This document shows, piece after piece, positions 58,685-64,000 of a DNA stretch of 64,000 nt. Source of the stretch: an uncultured delta proteobacterium (GTDB taxonomy: Bacteria; Desulfobacterota; Syntrophia; Syntrophales; UBA5619); the NCBI GenBank assembly GCA_963842685.1, contig CAWJHT010000066.1:11281-75280 (forward strand), given 5' to 3'. Every line of letters begins with the position of its first letter. Position 1 is the first letter of the stretch. Position numbers and translations under genes: made by a program. Below the pieces are notes generated by a model that was not told where the DNA came from, made no database searches, and worked only from the letters and a program-made list of their open reading frames with translations.

Positions 58685-59683
58685 ATGACCGGCAAGAAGA
58701 GATTCATCGGTTTTGTCCTGATCGCGGCTCTGACGGGTATGATGATGGTTGCGGCCCCCTGCCGGGCTCAACCGGAGCTGCGCGTCTACACTCACAATGA
58801 AACCGCCGAGATGGAAAAATGGGTGCCGGTGGCGGAAAAGGCGATCGGCATGAAGATCGTCTGGAGCCCCCGCCTGGCATCCAACGAACTCTGGACCCGC
58901 GTCCTGACGGAAAACCCCAACTTCAACGCCGATGTGATCTGGGGCTTTCTGAACTCCGATGCCCAGGTGGGCGCCCAGAGAGGGTTTTTTGTCCCCTATC
59001 AGTCGCCCGCATGGGCCGACATCCCCGCCGAATTCAAGGATCCGGATCATCAGTGGTACGGCTACAACTACTGGTTCTCCGCCATCGCCGTGAATCCGGA
59101 TCTGCTGAAAAAGAAAAACCTGCCCAAACCCCAGTCCTGGGTCGACCTCACCAACCCCGTCTACAAGGGCGAAATCGTCATGCCCGATCCCGCCACGAGC
59201 GGCACGGCCTTCATTTTCGTCTCCGCCGTCATGCAGATCTTCGGCGAGAACAAGGGTTGGGAAATCCTGGAGAAGATCCACAAGAACGCCGGCCAGTACA
59301 CCAAATCCGGCTCGGCTCCGGCCCAGTCGGTGGCCCAGGGAGAATTCGCCATCGGGGTGAGCTGGGACCAGGCCGTCTACGGAAGGGTGGAGCAGAAATT
59401 TCCGATCGAAGGCCTCATCCCCGCGGAGGGCACCGCCTTTGATCTGGAGTCCGTGGCCATCCTGAAGGGAACCAAGAATCTCGCCGGCGCCAAGAAGCTG
59501 GTCGATTGGCTCGGCACCAAAGAGGGGCAGACGCAGATCGGTCTCCTCCGTTCGAAGGTGACCCGACCCGGAGTCCCCGGAAAGGTTCTCGTCGATCCCA
59601 AGCTGATCAAGTATGACGCCCTCTGGGCCGGAGAGAACAAGAAGCGGATCATGACCGAGTGGGCCAAGCGTTTCTCCAAGTAA
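58685..59683 (+). CDS. Second ABC substrate-binding protein, AEP/Fe(III) family
   Basis: Signal peptide, ENPNFNADVIWG, MPDPATSGT, QYTKSGSAP. Confidence 0.88.
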   Translation: MTGKKRFIGFVLIAALTGMMMVAAPCRAQPELRVYTHNETAEMEKWVPVAEKAIGMKIVWSPRLASNELWTRVLTENPNFNADVIWGFLNSDAQVGAQRGFFVPYQSPAWADIPAEFKDPDHQWYGYNYWFSAIAVNPDLLKKKNLPKPQSWVDLTNPVYKGEIVMPDPATSGTAFIFVSAVMQIFGENKGWEILEKIHKNAGQYTKSGSAPAQSVAQGEFAIGVSWDQAVYGRVEQKFPIEGLIPAEGTAFDLESVAILKGTKNLAGAKKLVDWLGTKEGQTQIGLLRSKVTRPGVPGKVLVDPKLIKYDALWAGENKKRIMTEWAKRFSK

Positions 59684-59808
59684 CGGATTAGGCGCGAATG
59701 GAAATCGTGATCCCTCCGCGCGCTGGACATTTTCCGACCCGAAAAATCTCCAAGCGACTTCCGGGATTAAGATTTCCAGTATTGCGCAAAGGTTTCGATT
59801 GTTAGCGC

Positions 59809-59844
59809 CGGCGTGGGGCGGGAGCGGGCTCCCGCCCCATGCCG
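59809..59844 (+). other. Stable intercistronic hairpin after second SBP gene
   Basis: CGGCGTGGGGCGGGAGC-GG-GCTCCCGCCCCATGCCG. Confidence 0.65.
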
Positions 59845-59874
59845 ACGACTGTGTCCAGCCCCATGGGAGCAGCG

Positions 59875-61821
59875 ATGATGCCTTTCCCGGGTAGCGCCGT
59901 CCTGAAACGGCAGATGGATGATTTCCGGCATATTTTGCGCCGGCCGGGTCTGCTGTTCGTCACCACCGTCGCGGTGCTGCTGATTTTCCTGTTTATCGTC
60001 TTCCCCATCGGTTCCGTTCTGATCAAGAGTTTCACCGTCAGCTACCCGACGGTCACGATCGCCTTTCCGGCGGACAACCCCGCGGGGGTGGAAACGGAGA
60101 AAAGGGCGACCGACTCGCTGCTCCTGATGCTTAAGGAGATCCAGGGGATCGAGCAGACCCGATTCAAAAAGGAGGACGGGACGGCCGTCCATACCGTCCG
60201 TTTCCGCAAGGACTGGGACGACCTCAAAGGCTTCAACGACATCAAACGGGCGATCAAGCGCAACAAGGATTCCCTGGAGCCACTTGTCCTGGGAGCGAAG
60301 CTCTCCCTGGGCAAGGAGGCGACGGCAAGCCTCGCCACCTACATGGATTTCTTTACCGGCGGACGTTATTACCGGGCGCTGAAAAACAGCATTCTCGTGG
60401 CGATCGTCACCACGCTGCTGGTGATCCCGCTGGCCTTCTGCTTCGCCTTCCTGGGGCTGAACGGACCGGGCCTGCTGAAGTTTCCCTTGCGGCTCCTCGG
60501 CCTCATTCCGCTGGTGGCGCCGCCGTTCATCTTTTCGCTGGCCCTGATCATCATCGGCGGCCGTCACGGCATCGTGACGCGGATGCTGGAGCTGCCTTTC
60601 AACATCTACGGCTGGCGGGGGGTGATCATCGCCCAGGTGATCACCTTCCTGCCGCTGGGATACCTGATGATCGAAAATGTGCTGCGCTCCCTGGGCTCCA
60701 ACCTGGAGGAGGCCGCCTGCGACATGCGCGCCACGGACTGGCAGATCCTCTACAAGATCACCATACCGCTTGCGGCCCCGGGAATTCTGAAGGCCTCGCT
60801 CCTCGTTTTCATCCTCTCCATCGCCGACTTCGGAAATCCCATGCTGATCGGCGGGGACGTTCCCTTCCTCTCCACGGGGGCCTATCTGCTGTGGGTCAGC
60901 GACAACAACCTGGAAATGGCCGCCGTCTTCTGTGTTTTTCTGGTGCTGCCGAGCCTGATCATCTTCGTGGTCAACGAGTATCTCTTGAAGGGGAAGGGCT
61001 ACACCACCATCGGCGGCAAGCCCCAGCAGACGGAACGGAGGCCCATCGCCCCGAACATCCTCTATCCCATGCTGGGACTGGCGGCCATCGCCTCGGCGGT
61101 GATTCTGGCGAGCTTCGGCATCATCTTTTTCGGGGCCTTCACCAAGATCCTGATGGTGGACAACACCCTGACGCTGGATCACTTCCGAAGCCCCAACGGG
61201 TTTCGGACCCTGATCACGAGCCTCAAGTTCTCCCTGGGGGCCGCCCTGGTCGCCCCGGCAGTGGGCATTACCCTCTCCTACATCCTGGTCCGCAAAAGGA
61301 TCCCCCTGAAGAAGGTTCTGGAGTCCCTGGCCCTGCTGGGGTTCGCCGTTCCCGGTACGGTCATGGGGATCGGGTATATCCTGGCCTTCAACAACCCGCC
61401 GCTCCAGCTCACCGGAACCTTCATCATCCTGATCGTCAACGAGGCATTCCGCAACCTCTCGGTGAGCCTCGAGGCCGGGATGAGCAAGCTCCACCAGATC
61501 GACGTGGCCATCGAGGAGGCGGCGGCAGACATGGGCGCCGGCGCCTTCCGGACCTTTTTCAAAATCGTTCTGCCCCTGCTCAGCTCCGCCTTTGTCGCCG
61601 GCTTCATCTACACCTTCATGGTGGGGATGATCGCGGTGAGCGCGGTGATCTTCCTGATCACACCGGGGAACGATCTGGCGGCCCTGTACATCCTGAACGT
61701 GGCCGAACAGGGGTATCTGGGGATGGCCTGCGCGATTTCCACGATGCTCATCGCCGTCGTGCTGGTCTGTCTGGGCGGCATGAAGCTTCTGGTCAAGATG
61801 ACGAAAATCGAGATGTACTGA
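59875..61821 (+). CDS. FbpB-like ABC permease with an inserted periplasmic domain
   Basis: APPF, LEEAACDMRA, ADFGNP, VPGTVMGIGY, IEEAAADMGA; hydrophilic insert after TM1; start codon uncertain. Confidence 0.9.
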   Translation: MMPFPGSAVLKRQMDDFRHILRRPGLLFVTTVAVLLIFLFIVFPIGSVLIKSFTVSYPTVTIAFPADNPAGVETEKRATDSLLLMLKEIQGIEQTRFKKEDGTAVHTVRFRKDWDDLKGFNDIKRAIKRNKDSLEPLVLGAKLSLGKEATASLATYMDFFTGGRYYRALKNSILVAIVTTLLVIPLAFCFAFLGLNGPGLLKFPLRLLGLIPLVAPPFIFSLALIIIGGRHGIVTRMLELPFNIYGWRGVIIAQVITFLPLGYLMIENVLRSLGSNLEEAACDMRATDWQILYKITIPLAAPGILKASLLVFILSIADFGNPMLIGGDVPFLSTGAYLLWVSDNNLEMAAVFCVFLVLPSLIIFVVNEYLLKGKGYTTIGGKPQQTERRPIAPNILYPMLGLAAIASAVILASFGIIFFGAFTKILMVDNTLTLDHFRSPNGFRTLITSLKFSLGAALVAPAVGITLSYILVRKRIPLKKVLESLALLGFAVPGTVMGIGYILAFNNPPLQLTGTFIILIVNEAFRNLSVSLEAGMSKLHQIDVAIEEAAADMGAGAFRTFFKIVLPLLSSAFVAGFIYTFMVGMIAVSAVIFLITPGNDLAALYILNVAEQGYLGMACAISTMLIAVVLVCLGGMKLLVKMTKIEMY

Positions 61822-61834
61822 AAGGGTTCGATCC

Positions 61835-62933
61835 ATGACGCAAAAAGAGGACACCCCCATACTGGAAATGAGGCACATCGTCAAACGCTTCGGCGCCATG
61901 ACGGCGGTGGATGACGTCTCCCTGGACCTGGAACGGGGCAAGCTGGTCACCTTTCTGGGTCCCAGCGGCTGCGGCAAGACCACGCTCCTGCGGGTGGTGA
62001 GCGGATTCACCGTCCCCGACGGGGGGACGGTGCTCCTCGACGGGGAGGACATCACCCGAGGTCCAGCCCAACGGGCGCGACACGGCCATGGTCTTTCAGA
62101 ACTACGCCCTTTTTCCCCACATGACGGTGGCCGCCAATATCGGATTCGGCCTCAAGATCATGAAAAAAACCAAAAAGGAGGTCGCCGACGAGGTGGAGCG
62201 GCTCCTGGCGCTGGTGCAGATGGAAGGGCTCGGGGGACGACACCCCCATGAGCTTTCCGGCGGCCAGCAGCAGCGGGTGGCCCTGGCGAGGGCCTTGAGC
62301 CTCTGCCCCAAAATCCTCCTCCTGGACGAACCCCTCTCCAACCTCGACGCCAACCTGCGCCTGCTGATGCGGGCGGAGATCCGCAAGCTCCATCGGCGCC
62401 TGGGCCTGTCGATCATCTTCGTCACCCACGACCAGGAAGAAGCCATGTCCCTCTCCGATGAACTCGTCGTGATGGACCGCGGCAAGGTCAAACAGGTCGG
62501 CTCGCCGACCGAGGTCTACGAGAGGCCGGTGGACGATTTCGTGGCCCGCTTCATCGGCCACATCAATTTCATCCCCGGGGAAGTCGTCGAGAAGTCGAAC
62601 GGCCGCCTCACGCTGCGAACCTGCTACGGCGATTGGTCCGTAGCGCAGGTCCCGTTTCCCGTGGCCTGCGGCGACAGGCTCAAGGCCGTGGTCCGCCCCG
62701 AATCGATCGGCATTGCCGCCGCCTCCGATTGCGCCGGAACCGGCGAGGCCAACGTGATCAGGGGACGGGTGGAGGCGGCCATGTACATCGGCGCCATCAT
62801 CCGCTACACGGTGCTCTGCGGTGAAAACACGATGTACATCGATGCGGCGGATCCCCAGTACCGGGGGATACTCAAGGAAGGGACGGAGGTAAAGCTCTTC
62901 TTGAAGGAACGCATCCATATGTTGAAAATATAA
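61835..62933 (+). CDS. ABC ATPase, PotA/FbpC-like (frameshift near 62060)
   Basis: [35 protein letters not shown]. Confidence 0.92.
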
Positions 62934-62999
62934 ACAGATAATTGTCTTTACACTGCGGTCTCTCCGCAGGGTGACATCGGAAGGCAGAAAGGATCATTC

Positions 63000-64000
63000 A
63001 TGAACTGGGCGGAATTCCTGACGGCGGAAGAGATCAAGCGGGTGCACGAGGCCTCGCTTGTGATTCTGGAAGAGACGGGCCTCCTGGTGCGCAACGAAAA
63101 GGCGCGCCGGATCTTTGCCCGGGCGGGATGCCGCGTGGAGAGTGAAAGCGGGGTGGTCAAGATTCCCGGGAAGGTGGTCGAAGAATACCGCAAGGCCTTT
63201 CCGCCGTCGTTTACCTTCCGCGGCCGCGACCCCCGGTACGATCGCACCCTTCCGCAGGACGGGCCGATCATGATCACGGCAAGCTCCGCACCGGACATCA
63301 TCGATCCGGAAACGGGACGACAGCGAAGGGCCACCTCCGGGGACATCGCCGGGATCGCCCATCTGGTCAACGAACTGCCGGGATACGATGTCTTTTCCAT
63401 CTCGACCCTTGCCGCCGATGCACCGGAGGGGCTCTCCAGCCTGACCCGATTTTACGCCGCATTACGGAATTGCGCAAAACCGGTGCGGAGCAACACGCCG
63501 AACATGAAGGAACTCCTGGACGTCCTGGATTGGGGGCGATCATCGCGGGCGGTGAAGAGGCCTACCGGGAGAGGCCGCTCATCAATCATCACTACTGTCC
63601 CGTGGTCTCTCCGCTCACCATGGACGTGGAGTCCACGGAGGCGGTCCTCTATCTGACCGAGAAGGGGCTGCCGGTCTATGGGACGATCTGCCCCAATGCG
63701 GGGATGAGCTCGCCGCTCAGCCTGATCGCGACGCTGGCCCAGGGGAATGCCGAGTTTCTGGCCCTGGCCGTGCTGATGCAGATGGTCCGGATCGGCACGC
63801 CGTTGATCTATGCCGTCCTGGCCACGGTGGCCGATATGAGAACGGGAAATTACGCCCCCGGGGCGATCGAGACGGCGATGCTCCAGATGGGACACAGTCA
63901 GATGGCCCGGTATTACAATGTGCCGTCCGGGGGCTATATCGGTTTGACGAACGCCCATACCAACGATGCGCAATCCGGTTATGAAACGGGCATGGGCACC
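63000..64000 (+). CDS. Trimethylamine methyltransferase (MttB) superfamily, non-pyrrolysine; truncated by window edge
   Basis: VHEASLVILEETG, SPLTMD, LAQGNAEFLA, DMRTG, MARYYNVP, DAQSGYE; frameshift near 63530. Confidence 0.9.

Noticed and set aside
59767-62055. 762-aa minus-strand ORF (likewise 26388-27938 +, 54073-55776 -, 56057-57289 -, 53094-54086 -)
   Set aside because: Antisense shadows of GC-rich genes, with no recognisable motifs
1-64000. Mass pseudogenisation or programmed frameshifting
   Set aside because: Single-base indels hit housekeeping genes and all blocks alike, typical of unpolished long-read assembly
1-64000. CRISPR arrays, IS elements, prophage or defence genes
   Set aside because: No regularly spaced repeats, transposase, integrase or phage-like ORFs recognised

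Overview
Chromosomal window from a GC-rich anaerobic bacterium, probably Desulfobacterota/Syntrophales-like (inferred from gene content). Single-base indels split many genes, including housekeeping ones (purB, nadB, rsmA, ahcY), so frameshifts are treated as long-read errors and genes are reported with reconstructed extents. Four blocks: (1) 1-17.5 kb, a mostly AT-richer flagellar region with five sigma-54-type promoters. It has two stator sets, a MotB lacking the ion-binding Asp, no fliH/fliI between fliG and fliJ, a FleS-like kinase with a degenerate ATP site and a PilZ gene. (2) 17.5-39.5 kb, housekeeping and CoA-related genes: PMM/PGM, two acetyl-CoA hydrolase-GNAT fusions (one lacking the catalytic Glu), Nudix, tRNA-Met, purB, nadB, tsaD, rsmA, pan RNA motif with panC-panD, ahcY, lptFG. 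An unexplained ~140-nt rod-like hairpin lies upstream of lptF. (3) 39.8-46.5 kb, an arn (L-Ara4N) operon with split arnA. (4) 47-64 kb, the best candidate for an undescribed system: a co-oriented catabolic cluster. It encodes two AEP/Fe(III)-type ABC importers (one permease carries an RND-like periplasmic insert), a HutC-type GntR with an operator, a divergent transaldolase-fold enzyme, a HisC-like aminotransferase, EtfBA, a dimethylglycine-dehydrogenase-like flavoprotein and a non-pyrrolysine MttB. This combination suggests anaerobic use of an N-methylated amino-phosphate or amino-phosphonate such as phosphocholine.
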